Notes: a model not told the origin generated them from the sequence alone. 64,000 nucleotides of DNA from an uncultured Chloroflexia bacterium (GCA_963752475.1 CAVVYR010000004.1:160001-224000), one strand, 5' to 3'; positions 10,406 through 22,389 are shown, counted from the first letter of the stretch. Made by a program: numbers and translations.

Positions 10406-11083
10406 ATGCTGAAGGTGTTCGTCTCGGTGTGGTCTACCGACCTGCTAGCGATGGGTGCCTCGCTCGACCCCATCGCCGATGTGGTCGACGGGCTCCACGT
10501 GGATGTCACGGACGGCCACCTGGTGCCCGAGTTGCTCTTCGGGCCGGACCTCGTCAGCGCACTCCGCGGGCGATATCCCGATCTGCCCATCGAGACGCAT
10601 CTGATGGTGGCCGAAGCGGATGCCTGGATCGAGCGGATGGCCAGGGCGGGCGCCTCGATGGTCACGATCCATCCACGCAGCTGTCCCGATCTCGGGAGTT
10701 CGCTCGCTCTCCTGGCCGGTACCGGCGCGCAGCCCGGTATCGCGCTCGAGCTGGAGGATCCGATCGCCACGGCTGCGGGGCACATCGAGGATGTCGATCG
10801 CATCCTGCTGATGGGGACGGAGATCGGCATCAAGGGCGTGGAGATCGACGACCGCGTGTACGACCGCGTTCACCAGGCGATCGGGCTTCGCGAGGCCAGC
10901 ACGCGCCGACCCGAGGTCTACGTGGACGGCGGCATCCGCCCCCACACCGCTCCGCTCATCGACGCCGCCGGAGCGGACGGCGTGACCCCGGGTTCACTGA
11001 TCCTCTCGGCCCCCGATCCATGCGCCGCGATCGAGGCGCTGCACACGGGTCCCTCGCTGTCGACGGCGGCTAGCTCGGTCTAG
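10406..11083 (+). CDS. Ribulose-phosphate 3-epimerase family protein
   Basis: HVDVTDG, ETHLMV, VDGGI metal-binding motifs. Confidence 0.8.
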   Translation: MLKVFVSVWSTDLLAMGASLDPIADVVDGLHVDVTDGHLVPELLFGPDLVSALRGRYPDLPIETHLMVAEADAWIERMARAGASMVTIHPRSCPDLGSSLALLAGTGAQPGIALELEDPIATAAGHIEDVDRILLMGTEIGIKGVEIDDRVYDRVHQAIGLREASTRRPEVYVDGGIRPHTAPLIDAAGADGVTPGSLILSAPDPCAAIEALHTGPSLSTAASSV

Positions 11084-12000
11084 CTCTCCCGGCGCGAAGC
11101 GATCCAGGCGCCGGCCATCACCAGCAGCACGCCCGCGAGCGCGATGGGCGCGACGGTCTCGCCGAGGATGAGCACGCCCAGCACGATGGCCACGATGGGC
11201 AGGAAGTAGATGGCGACGCTGGCCCTGGGGCCGCCGACACGGCCGGTGAGCGTGCCCATGAGCACGAAGGCGGCGCCGGTACCCAGCACGCCGACCGGGA
11301 TCATGGCCAGTGCCGATTCCCACGACCAGCTCGAGCCAGGGATCTGCCACAACCCGATGGGCGCGACGATGAGCAGTGCCACCAGCTGCGCCCGGAAGAC
11401 CACGGGCACCGCGCCGTACTTCTGTGACAGCGGGACCGAAAGGTTGGCCGCGAGTCCGTAGAACGTCACCGCCACCACCACCAGCAGCGCGCCCAGGAGC
11501 TGGTCACCACCGACCTCCAGCTCCGGCACGAACACCAGCAACATGCCCGCGAACCCGAGGCCGATGCCGAGGAGCTGTCGCCAGCCGGGCAGCTTGCGCA
11601 TGAGGTAGATGGCCCAGAGCACGGTGAACACCGGCATGGCCCCGTTGATCATCCCCGTCACGGCCGAGCTGATCCACTGCTGAGCGACCGGGAAGATGAG
11701 CAGGGGGATCGCGATCCAGACCGCGCCGAGCACCGCGATGCGCGGCCAGTCCTCACGCTCGACACCGGCGCGAGCCTTGGAGAAGAGCGCCAGCGTGGCT
11801 GCGCCCAGCCCGATCCGCGCGAGAGTGATGGCGCCGGGCTCGAACGAGCGCAGGCCGATCTCCATGAACAGGAACGAGGAGCCCCAGATGAGCGCGATCG
11901 CCGCCAGCAGGCCCCAGTCGAGCGGCGCGTAGGCGTACACGTTCGTGCCGCCGGCGGTGGCAGGCAGGGACGAACGCGGGATGGTCCTCGGGGAACTCAC
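11080..12000 (-). CDS. DMT/EamA family transporter
   Basis: IWGSSF, about 10 TM segments, LGVLILGE. Confidence 0.85.
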   Translation of the reverse strand: MSSPRTIPRSSLPATAGGTNVYAYAPLDWGLLAAIALIWGSSFLFMEIGLRSFEPGAITLARIGLGAATLALFSKARAGVEREDWPRIAVLGAVWIAIPLLIFPVAQQWISSAVTGMINGAMPVFTVLWAIYLMRKLPGWRQLLGIGLGFAGMLLVFVPELEVGGDQLLGALLVVVAVTFYGLAANLSVPLSQKYGAVPVVFRAQLVALLIVAPIGLWQIPGSSWSWESALAMIPVGVLGTGAAFVLMGTLTGRVGGPRASVAIYFLPIVAIVLGVLILGETVAPIALAGVLLVMAGAWIASRRES

Positions 12001-12074
12001 GCCTTCATCGTAGTCGGGCCGAGGGCGGTGTCGGGGGATCGCTCTGCACGTCTTCCCCGTGGTCGAGGTCTAGC

Positions 12075-13940
12075 TCAGCCGGCCTCCGCGGTCGTCTCGG
12101 GGGTGCGCTCGGAGAGCTGCAGCCGCCACAGGCGGGCATAGAGCCCATCGGACGCGAGCAGCTCCTCGTGCGTGCCCAGCTCCAGCAGCCAGCCATCGTC
12201 GAGGACGGCGATGCGGTCGGCTCCGCGGATGGTCGAGAGCCGGTGTGCCACGACCACGGTCGTGCGGCCCTCCATCAGCCGTGACAAGGCCTCCTGCACC
12301 AGCCGTTCGGACTCGTTGTCGAGCGACGAGGTGGCCTCGTCGAGGATGAGGATGGGCGCGTCCTTGAGGATGGCGCGGGCGATGGCCACGCGCTGGCGCT
12401 GGCCACCGGAGAGCCGCGTGCCACGGTCGCCGATGACGGTCTGGTAGCCCTCCGGCAGGGCGCTGATGAAGTCGTGGGCGTTGGCCGCGCGCGCGGCCGC
12501 TTCCAGCTCCTCATCGGTAGCCTGGAGCCGGCCGTAGCGGATGTTCTCCTCCAGGGTCCCGCCGAAGACGCCTGCATCCTGGGGTACCAGCGAGACGGCC
12601 TCGCGCAGCGAGCGCAAGCGGAGCTCGCGGACGTCGTGCCCATCGACCCTGACGCGTCCGTCGGTCACGTCCCACAGCCGTGGGATGAGGTTGCAGAAGG
12701 TGGTCTTGCCGGCGCCCGACGGCCCCACCACCGCGAGCACCTCACCCGGCGCGATCCGCAGCGAGATGTCGCGCAGGACGGGCCGCTCGGGGTCGTAGCC
12801 GAAGGACATGCCCTCGAAGCTGATGGCGCCGCGGGTCTGCCGCAGCTCGGTCGCGCCGTCAGCGTCCTTGATGGTCGGTCGCTCGTCGATGATCTCGAAG
12901 ACGCGCACGACCGCGCCGGCACCCTCCTGGAACTGCCCGTAGATGCCGGCGATGGTCGAGAGTGACGTGCCGATGGTGATGCCGTAGAGCAGGAAGCTCG
13001 TCAGCGCGCCCAGGCTGATGGTGCCGTCGATGACGCGGTGGCCGGTGAACCAGAGCAGCACGATGAGCGTGCCGAAGCCGAGGATGAGCATCATCGAGCC
13101 GAAGAGCCCGCGGTAGGTCACGAGCCGGGTGGCCATGCTCACCACGCCCCGCAGGTCCTCGCCATAGCGGTGCCGCTCCCACTCCTCTCGGCCGAAGGAC
13201 TTGACCACGCGGATGCCGCTGAGCGCCTCCTCCGCGGTCGTGGTCGAGGCCGCGATCGAATCCTGCACGCGGGTCGAGAGGCGACGCAGCGGCCGGGCGA
13301 AGACGACTGCGAGGATGACCATCGCCGGCGCCAGCACGAGGATGACGATGAGCAGGTCCGGGCTGAGCAGGAAGAGCACGACGATCGAGCCGATGAGACT
13401 GAGCACCGACGAGAGCAGCGAGGTCAGCGTCTGCGTCAGCATCATGCGCACCTGCGTCACGTCGCTCGAAAGGCGGCTGATGAGCTCGCCCACCCGGCGC
13501 TTGACGTAGAAGTCGAGCTCCAGCGTCACGAGCCGGTCGAACACCTGCGCCCGCAGTCGCGCCACGATGCGCTCGCCGATGACGCCCAGCGACCAGGTCT
13601 GGGCGAAGCCGGCCACGGCCAGCACCAGCGTGATGCCCACGAGCATGAGCAGGATCTGGTCAAGTCCGGCGGCGTCGCCGGCGGTGACGACCTCGTTGAC
13701 CAGTCCGCCGATGACCAGCGGCAACAGCAGCCCGAAGGCGGTCGAGATGAGCAGCGCCACGACGGCCACCGCGAACAGCTTCGAGTGCGGACGCAGGTAG
13801 CCGAAGAGCCGCCCCCAGGGGATGCCGGTCAGTCGGGTGGCCCCGCTCTCCTCCTTCTCGTCGAGTTCGCGGTTCGGGTCACGAGCCGGACCGCGTCGGC
13901 GACGCCGACCGCCGAAGAACGAGCGCTGTGTGAATGCCAG
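12075..13940 (-). CDS. MsbA-like ABC exporter (fused TMD and NBD); probable CTG start
   Basis: GPSGAGKT, LSGGQRQR, ILDEATSSLD, VAHRLST. The frame stays open upstream of GTG 13769 to CTG 13940, which has AAAGGAGG 8 nt upstream. Confidence 0.85.
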   Translation of the reverse strand: MAFTQRSFFGGRRRRRGPARDPNRELDEKEESGATRLTGIPWGRLFGYLRPHSKLFAVAVVALLISTAFGLLLPLVIGGLVNEVVTAGDAAGLDQILLMLVGITLVLAVAGFAQTWSLGVIGERIVARLRAQVFDRLVTLELDFYVKRRVGELISRLSSDVTQVRMMLTQTLTSLLSSVLSLIGSIVVLFLLSPDLLIVILVLAPAMVILAVVFARPLRRLSTRVQDSIAASTTTAEEALSGIRVVKSFGREEWERHRYGEDLRGVVSMATRLVTYRGLFGSMMLILGFGTLIVLLWFTGHRVIDGTISLGALTSFLLYGITIGTSLSTIAGIYGQFQEGAGAVVRVFEIIDERPTIKDADGATELRQTRGAISFEGMSFGYDPERPVLRDISLRIAPGEVLAVVGPSGAGKTTFCNLIPRLWDVTDGRVRVDGHDVRELRLRSLREAVSLVPQDAGVFGGTLEENIRYGRLQATDEELEAAARAANAHDFISALPEGYQTVIGDRGTRLSGGQRQRVAIARAILKDAPILILDEATSSLDNESERLVQEALSRLMEGRTTVVVAHRLSTIRGADRIAVLDDGWLLELGTHEELLASDGLYARLWRLQLSERTPETTAEAG

Positions 13941-14153
13941 GGATCAGGCCTCCTTTGAGCCGTGAGGTCGTCGGCCCACGGTAGCGCCTGTGGCGGGATG
14001 CGGCTGCGAGAGCCACGAAGGAGCGCGGAGAAGTCCGCTGTGCCCGACGCCACGACATGGCTGCTAGGGTTGCCGCCGGTGCCGGTCCGTCGCGAGGCAA
14101 GAGGAGACTACTCGCAGCCGGCCACCCAGCGGGGGGAGCAGGGAGGTCCCGTG

Positions 14154-14666
14154 ATGGGACTCAAGACCACACTCATCGCCGCGGTCGCTGTCGGCCTCGT
14201 GGCAGGTTCGACGATCGGTGCCGTGGCGCAGGATGACTCCATGGCGCCAGCGGCGGTGACCGGCACGAGCACGGGCTTCGAGAAGCTGACCGAAGGCTCC
14301 AGGGAATGGGTCGATGGCGCACTCCGTGGTGAAGGGCTGATGTACGCCACCACATGGGAGGCGAGTGACCCGCGCCTCAGTGGCGCGGTTGCTCTCACCG
14401 CCAACCGCGACGAGTACGACCAAGAAGAGATGGCTGTCATAGCGGCTAGTGCGGCGGTCGAGAATGATGACGGTCGATGGGCCGGCTCCGGGACCTATCT
14501 CGAAGGTGAGGAGCTCGGCGAGACCTGGACCTTGGTCATGCAGGGTCAGGACGCATACGAGGGCCTGACGGCGCTCGTCGTGATGGGCCCCGGGGGCCGG
14601 TCGTTCGCTGCCGCCATCTTCCCTGGCGAGATGCCGAAGCTCCCCGAGGAGCCGCCTGCCGAGTAG
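14154..14666 (+). CDS. Secreted hypothetical protein
   Basis: GGAGG RBS, signal peptide ending AVA-QDD, acidic beta-rich body. Confidence 0.7.
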   Translation: MGLKTTLIAAVAVGLVAGSTIGAVAQDDSMAPAAVTGTSTGFEKLTEGSREWVDGALRGEGLMYATTWEASDPRLSGAVALTANRDEYDQEEMAVIAASAAVENDDGRWAGSGTYLEGEELGETWTLVMQGQDAYEGLTALVVMGPGGRSFAAAIFPGEMPKLPEEPPAE

Positions 14667-14690
14667 CGGGCTGACCCCGCGAGGCTGTGG

Positions 14691-17339
14691 CTAGGCCTTG
14701 GCCAGCAAGCGCTTGAGCTTGGGTACCGCGGCGAGGGCCGTCGGCGAGTCACGCATGGGCAGGTCGGTGCGGCGCTTTCCATCGAAGGCGTAGAGCGCGC
14801 CGGCCACGGCCGCCGCCGTGGGCACCAGCACCGCTTCGCCCATGCCCTTGGCGCCATAGGGGCCCTCCGGCTGGAACTCCTCCACCAGGATCGTCTCCAC
14901 CGGCGGCATGCCCGACGCGGGGATGATGTTGAGCGACTTCAGCTTGTCGGTGGTGGGGAAGCCGCCCTCGGTCTCGAACGTCTCGCTCAGCGTGTGACCC
15001 AGGCCCATGTGTACGCCGCCCACGACCTGGCCCTCGAGCATCAACGGGTCGAGCGCCTTGCCCACGTCGTGCGCGGCGATGAACTTCTCGATCGCGCCAT
15101 CGTCATCGAGGATGCAGACCTGCGTGGCCCAGCCGTAGCCGAAGTGCGTGATGGGCTCCTCGACGCTCTCGTCGCCCAGCTTGGTCGTCCAGTCCACGAC
15201 GACCTCGGCCCCGAAGGACTCGCCGGCAAGGTCGTCCAGGCGGCACCGTCGCGTGACCATCTCCTTGCGCAGCTTCTCGCAGGCCTGCAGCACTGCCCGA
15301 CCACCCAGCATCGTGGCGCGCGAGGCCGTGGTGATGCCGGTGTCGAGCTCGTAGCTCGTGTCGACGCGGACCTCGATCGACTCGGGCGGCAGGTCCAGCT
15401 CGTCGGACGCGATCTGGCGCATGACCGTGTGGGTCCCCTGCCCCATCTCCGTCCACGAGTGGTAGACCGTCAGTCGGCCGTCGCCCTCAGGCCGCACGAC
15501 CGCTCGCCCGAACTCCTTCATGCCGTTGCCGATGCCCGTGTTCTTGGCACCACAGGCGATGCCGGCGTACTTGGCGTTCCTGTACTGGTCCTTGACCGCC
15601 AACAGCGTGTCCTTCAGGCCCACGCCCGGGCCCAGCTTCTGGCCGGTGCCGAAGCGCTTCCCCTCTTCGAGTGCGTTGCGCCAACGGATCTCCCAGCCGT
15701 CGATGCCCACCGCCTCCGCCAGTCGGTCGAGCAGCGTCTCCATGCCGAAGTTGGCCTGGTTGGCACCGAAGCCGCGCATCGCGCCACAGGGCGGGTTGTT
15801 GGTCAGGATGGCGTTGGCCACCACGTCGACGTTGGGCACCTCGTACGCGCTGCAGGCGTGACCCGCGGCACGCTCGAGCACCTTGGCCCCGACGCTGGCA
15901 TAGCCGCCGTTGTCGCCGATGAAGCGCGCCTTGACGGCGGTCAGCTTCCCCTCGGCGTCACAGCCGACGGTGTACTCCATCCAGAAGCGATGGCGCTTGA
16001 TGGAGAAGCGCAGCGAATTGGCGCGGCTGAGCGCCAGCAGCACCGGGCGATCGGCCGCCAGTGCCAGCAGCGCGGCGTGGCCCTGGACGTTGAGGTCCTC
16101 CTTGCCGCCGAAGGCGCCGCCGGTGGCGACCTGCGTGACCAGCACGTCACCCTGCTCCCAGCCGAGGAGCGAGGCGATCTGGCGTCGGTCCTCCCACGCG
16201 CCCTGGCCCTGCGAGAGGACGTGCATACGCGGTCCCTCGCCGTTCTGGGGTACGGCCAGCGAGGACTCGGGCTCCAGGTAGGCATGCTCGATACCGGCGG
16301 TCTTGAAGGTGTCGGTGACGACGTGCGCGGAGCTCGCCAGCGCGGCCTCCGTGTCTCCGCGGGCATAGGCCGATTCGGAGAGCACGTTGCCCTCGGGTGC
16401 GATCTGCGGGGCACCGTCGGCCATGGCCTCGAAGGGGTCGGTCAAGGGCTCGAGCACCTCGTACTCGATCTCGACCAGCTCGGCCGCGGCACGGGCCTGA
16501 GCGCGTGTCTCCGCCGCTACCGCCGCGAGCACGTCACCGACATAGCGTGTGGTCTCGCCCTCGGCGACGAGCTGCCGCCAGTCATCGGTGATGAGACCCT
16601 GGTTGCGCTTGCCGGGGACATCGGCCGCGGTGATGACCGCGACCACGCCCGGAGCGGCCTCGGCCGCAGAGGTGTCGATCGACTTGACCACCGCTCGCGG
16701 ATGGTCGCTGAAGCGCAGGGCGCCGTGGAGCATGCCCGGGACGATGTGGTCGGCCACGTACTCCTGCATGCCCAGCACCTGCTCGCGCGAGCGGTACTTG
16801 GGTGCCGGATCGCCGACCGCGGCGCCCGGATGCGGCGCCGGCCGAGGACCGCCATTGCGTGCCACAGCCACCTGGCCGATGGCGTCGACGATCGAGAGGT
16901 AGCCCGTGCAGCGGCAGAGGTTGCCGGCGAGGGCCTTGGTGATGGTGTCGCGCTCGGGCTCGGCATCCTTGCGCAGCAGCGCCTCCGCCTTCATCACGAT
17001 GCCCGGGGTGCAGTAGCCGCACTGCGAGGCACCGGTGGCGCTGAAGGCATCGGCCCACAGGTCGCGCGAGTCCTCGGGCAGGCCCTCGAGCGTCTCGATC
17101 TCCTTGCCCTCGAAGCGCTCCGCCGGCTGGGCACACGAGACGACGGGACGGCCGTCGACGATGACGGTGCAGGCGCCACAGGAACCCTCGGGCGCACATC
17201 CATCCTTCATCGAACGCAGCCCGAGCTGGTTGCGCAGTAGGTAGAGCAGCGAGGTGCCCGCCTCGAAGTCGACCGAGCGGTCCTGTCCGTTGAGGGTGAT
17301 GTCCACGAGTCCTGCCATCCGTGCGTGAAGCGGTGCCAT
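14691..17339 (-). CDS. Xanthine-dehydrogenase-family Mo hydroxylase with fused 2Fe-2S and Mo-binding domains (resembles selenium-dependent Mo hydroxylases); start may be 17318
   Basis: KDGCAPEGSCGACT, QCGYCTPG, NLCRCTGY, GGAFGGK, AMRGFG, GAKGMGE. Confidence 0.85.
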   Translation of the reverse strand: MAPLHARMAGLVDITLNGQDRSVDFEAGTSLLYLLRNQLGLRSMKDGCAPEGSCGACTVIVDGRPVVSCAQPAERFEGKEIETLEGLPEDSRDLWADAFSATGASQCGYCTPGIVMKAEALLRKDAEPERDTITKALAGNLCRCTGYLSIVDAIGQVAVARNGGPRPAPHPGAAVGDPAPKYRSREQVLGMQEYVADHIVPGMLHGALRFSDHPRAVVKSIDTSAAEAAPGVVAVITAADVPGKRNQGLITDDWRQLVAEGETTRYVGDVLAAVAAETRAQARAAAELVEIEYEVLEPLTDPFEAMADGAPQIAPEGNVLSESAYARGDTEAALASSAHVVTDTFKTAGIEHAYLEPESSLAVPQNGEGPRMHVLSQGQGAWEDRRQIASLLGWEQGDVLVTQVATGGAFGGKEDLNVQGHAALLALAADRPVLLALSRANSLRFSIKRHRFWMEYTVGCDAEGKLTAVKARFIGDNGGYASVGAKVLERAAGHACSAYEVPNVDVVANAILTNNPPCGAMRGFGANQANFGMETLLDRLAEAVGIDGWEIRWRNALEEGKRFGTGQKLGPGVGLKDTLLAVKDQYRNAKYAGIACGAKNTGIGNGMKEFGRAVVRPEGDGRLTVYHSWTEMGQGTHTVMRQIASDELDLPPESIEVRVDTSYELDTGITTASRATMLGGRAVLQACEKLRKEMVTRRCRLDDLAGESFGAEVVVDWTTKLGDESVEEPITHFGYGWATQVCILDDDGAIEKFIAAHDVGKALDPLMLEGQVVGGVHMGLGHTLSETFETEGGFPTTDKLKSLNIIPASGMPPVETILVEEFQPEGPYGAKGMGEAVLVPTAAAVAGALYAFDGKRRTDLPMRDSPTALAAVPKLKRLLAKA

Positions 17340-17499
17340 GTGGCACTTCCGACACCCTACCCTTATCAGACACCGTTAGGCTAGGTGAACCTGCCGGCAG
17401 CGCTGCCGCCCAGATCCAGGCACGTGCCGCAGGCCCGTCGCACGTCGAGGCGAGACCCCTGTTCGGCGACGGTTACGACGAACAAAGTGGAGGCGACGT

Positions 17500-18983
<1,484 letters not shown>

Positions 18984-18987
<4 letters not shown>

Positions 18988-20360
18988 TCGCGAGCCGCCT
19001 CGTCTGCGCCGGTTGCGGCGCTGAGGTGCCTGCCGAGACGCCCATCGTGTGGGCTTGCCCGGCAGCAAGGGACGGCGACGATATCGACCACGTGCTGCAG
19101 CGGATCGTCGAGCCCGCGGCTGCCGCTGGCGAGCCGGACGACGAGCCCAGCCCGAACCCCTTCCTGCGCTATCGCCGGCGCTTCCACTCCTATCACGTGG
19201 CCATGGCCGCAGGCTGGAGCGACGAGCGCTTCACCGATCTGGTCGTCAGCCTCGATGAGGCCATCGCGGCGGTCGACGGCACGGGGTTCCGGACCACGCC
19301 CCTGGTGCGTTCCGCCGGGCTCGACGCTGAGCTCGGCTTCGGACCCGACGGCGGCGTCTTCGTGAAGGACGAGACCGGGAACGTGTCGGGCTCACACAAG
19401 GCGCGCCACCTCATGGGCGTGATGCTCGCGCTCAAGGTGGCCGAGGACATCGGTGCCGCCGACCCGGAGACCCCGCTGGCCATCGCCTCGTGCGGCAATG
19501 CCGCGCTGGCGGCGGCGGTCGTGGCCAGGGCGGCCGAGCGTCGCCTGCGTGTGTTCGTGCTACCCGGTGCGGAGCCGGCGGTCATGGCTCGCCTCGAGGC
19601 GCTGGGCGCGGAGCTCGAGGTCTGCGAACGACAGCCCGGTCGCTCGGGCGACCCCTCGGTGCATCGGCTGATGGACGCCATCGCCGACGGTGCGGTCCCC
19701 TTCACGGTGCAGGGCAACCTCAACGGACTCGCCATCGAGGGCGGGCAGACGCTGGCCTGGGAGCTGCTCGACCAGCTCAAGGACGAGGGGGTCGAGCTCG
19801 ACCGGCTCGTCATCCATGTCGGCGGCGGGGCCTTCGCCTCGTCCGCGGCCCAGGCTCTCGAGGAGGCCGTGGACGCCCGCGCCATCGCGGCGGTACCGGT
19901 CATCGACACCGTCCAGACGCAGGGTGGCCATCCGCTCAAGCGGGCCCATGACCGCGCGCTCGACCACCTCGAGGCCCAAGCTGGCACTCCGGTCGACCCC
20001 AAGCAGGTCGCCGGGGCCATCTCACAGGCGGTGCATCACCGCTCGGACTACATGTGGGCGTGGGAGACCGAACCGGTGTCGGTCGCTCACGGCATCCTCG
20101 ATGACGAGACGTACGACTGGGCAGCCGTCGTCCGTGCCATGCTCATCAGCGGCGGGCGTTCGCTGGTGGTCGACGAGGCCACGCTCGAAGCCGCCAACGC
20201 CCTGGCACTACCCCGGGTCGGGGTCGATGCCGACCACACTGGAACCGCCGGCCTCGCCGGCCTCATCCAGCTCACCCGCGACGGGATCGTCAGCCCGGAC
20301 GAGAACGTGGCAGTGATCTTCAGCGGGGCCCGACGCTCGTCGGACGCCCCCAGCAGCTAG
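18984..20360 (+). CDS. Threonine-synthase-like PLP enzyme with N-terminal Cys motif
   Basis: CAGC...WACP, KDETGNVSGSHKAR, ASCGNAA, VGGG; GTGA overlap with the upstream gene. Confidence 0.8.
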
Positions 20361-20382
20361 CAACAGGAGGAACACACCCCCG

Positions 20383-21339
20383 ATGAGAAGCTTTGCCGGC
20401 CGCGACATCCTGTCGCTCAAGGACATGACGCGCGACGAGTACCTGCGCATCTTCCAGGTCTGCGACGACCTGGCCCCGATCGCACGCGATCGCCGCAACA
20501 CCGACCTCCTCAAGGACAAGACGCTGCTGACCGCGTTCTATCAGCCGTCCACCCGAACGCGCCTCTCGACCGAGGCCGCGATGCACCGCCTCGGTGGCGC
20601 TGTGCAGGGTTTCAGCGACGCCAAGATGACCCGCGCCGGCGACTTCTACATGGAGTCGCTCAAGGACACCTTCCACATGCTGGAGTACTACGGCGACGTC
20701 ATCGCCATCCGGCACTACCAGCAGGGTGCGCCGCACGAGGCCGCCAAGTGGTCGTCCGTGCCCATCATCAACTGCGGCGACGGCTGGGGCGAGCACCCCA
20801 CGCAGGTGCTGACCGACCTCTACACCATCTGGAAGGAAAAGGGCTCGCTCGACGGGCTCAAGGTCATCCTGGTCGGTGACATGCGCATGCGCACCATGCA
20901 CTCGATCCTCTACGCCATGTCGCGTTTCGACATGGAGGCCATCATCATCGGCCCCGATGAGATGAGCCTGCTGCCCGAGTTCAAGGCTGAGCTCGACGAG
21001 CGCTCCACCTACTACCGCGAGGTCGGCGATATCCGCGATGTCATCGGCGAGGCCGATGTCATCTACATGGAGCCGGTCGTCCAGGCCGACTACACCAAGG
21101 GTCGCGTGGATGAGAAGGACGTGGAGAAGGGCCTCACCCCGCCCGAGTACGTCGTCAACCTCAAGCTCCTGCACGAGAAGGCCAAGCGCGACGCGTTCGT
21201 GCTGCACAGCCTGCCGCGCATGGACGAGCTCACCCAGGACGTCGACGAGACCCGCTTCGGCCGCTACTGGGTGGAGGCCTTCAACGGCGTGGTCATGCGC
21301 ATGGCGCTGCTGACCCTCGTCCTGGGCAAGGCCGAGTAA
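20383..21339 (+). CDS. Aspartate-carbamoyltransferase-like protein with altered substrate site
   Basis: FYQPSTRT, INCGDGWGEHPTQVLTD, HSLPR, NGVVMRMALL; lacks TRxQxER. Confidence 0.8.
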   Translation: MRSFAGRDILSLKDMTRDEYLRIFQVCDDLAPIARDRRNTDLLKDKTLLTAFYQPSTRTRLSTEAAMHRLGGAVQGFSDAKMTRAGDFYMESLKDTFHMLEYYGDVIAIRHYQQGAPHEAAKWSSVPIINCGDGWGEHPTQVLTDLYTIWKEKGSLDGLKVILVGDMRMRTMHSILYAMSRFDMEAIIIGPDEMSLLPEFKAELDERSTYYREVGDIRDVIGEADVIYMEPVVQADYTKGRVDEKDVEKGLTPPEYVVNLKLLHEKAKRDAFVLHSLPRMDELTQDVDETRFGRYWVEAFNGVVMRMALLTLVLGKAE

Positions 21340-21350
21340 GGGGCCGCACG

Positions 21351-22328
21351 ATGCAGACCGGACTTCGTGGGCGCGACCTCATCGCGCTTTCGGACTGGAC
21401 CAACGAAGAGATCGAGACCGCGCTCGACGTGGCCTTCGAGCTCAAGCGCAAGCGCGCACTCGGCGAGCGCCACGCCTACCTCCTGGACAAGACGCTGGCG
21501 ATGCTGTTCTTCTTCAGCAGCACCCGCACGCGTGCCTCGTTCGAGGCGGGCATGGCCCAGCTCGGCGGGCACGGCATGTTCATGGAGAGCCGCACCACGC
21601 AGATCGCTCACGGCGACACGGCCACCGAGATCGGCGAGATCCTGGGCCGCTACAACGATGGCATCGCCATCCGCCACGTGACCCCGGGCGAAGGCAACGA
21701 GTACATCCGCGCGGTGGCCGAGGCCTCGCGCGTGCCCGTGCTCAACATGCAGTGCGAGACGTACCACCCCTTCCAGATCCTCGCGGACCTGATGACGATC
21801 ATCGAGAAGAAGGGGCAGCTCAAGGGCCAGTCGATCACCATCAGCTGGGCCTACGCATCCTCGTACCAGAAGCCCATCTCGGTGCCGCAATCGCTGCTAC
21901 TGGCCGCGACGCGCTTCGGCATGGACGTCAAGCTCGTGCACCCGCCCGAGTTCAAGCTCATGCCGCAGATCATGGAAGAGGCCCGCGCCAACGTGGCCAG
22001 GGCCGGTGGCGCCTTCGAGCAGCTGACCGACTTCGATGCCGGCTTTGACGGTGCCGATGTGGTCTACGCCAAGTCGTGGGGCGCTCACACCCTGGGTGTC
22101 TCCGACGAGGAGGGCGCCAAGATCTCCGGGCAGTACACCGACTGGATCTCCGATGAGCGGCGCATGGCCATGACGGCCGACGACGCAATCTGGATGCATC
22201 CGCTGCCGGCGGACCGTGGCGTGGAGGTGGCCGATGCGGTCATCGACGGGCCCAAGTCCGCGGCCTTCGACGAGGCCGAGAACCGGCTCCACGCCCAGAA
22301 GGCGGTGATGGCCCTGACCATGGGCTGA
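21351..22328 (+). CDS. YgeW-like (knotted, OTCase-family) carbamoyltransferase
   Basis: SSTRTR, HPFQILAD, SWAYASSYQKPISVPQS, YAKSWG, HPLPADRG, EAENRLH. Confidence 0.8.
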   Translation: MQTGLRGRDLIALSDWTNEEIETALDVAFELKRKRALGERHAYLLDKTLAMLFFFSSTRTRASFEAGMAQLGGHGMFMESRTTQIAHGDTATEIGEILGRYNDGIAIRHVTPGEGNEYIRAVAEASRVPVLNMQCETYHPFQILADLMTIIEKKGQLKGQSITISWAYASSYQKPISVPQSLLLAATRFGMDVKLVHPPEFKLMPQIMEEARANVARAGGAFEQLTDFDAGFDGADVVYAKSWGAHTLGVSDEEGAKISGQYTDWISDERRMAMTADDAIWMHPLPADRGVEVADAVIDGPKSAAFDEAENRLHAQKAVMALTMG

Positions 22329-22353
22329 TCCCCGCGCTCACCACGCGATACTT

Positions 22354-22389
22354 GAAGGCGCGGCACTCGGGAGAGGGTGCCGCGCCTTC
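22354..22389 (+). terminator. Stem-loop closing the carbamoyltransferase operon
   Basis: GAAGGCGCGGCAC...GTGCCGCGCCTTC. Confidence 0.65.

Noticed and set aside
14691-17339. Selenocysteine recoding in the Mo hydroxylase
   Set aside because: The ORF has no in-frame TGA; any selenium dependence would be a labile cofactor that cannot be seen in sequence.
21351-22328. Plain argF call
   Set aside because: It lacks the ornithine-binding DxxxSMG motif, has the YgeW-type WAY..SY.KP.SVPQ loop, and has no arg genes nearby.
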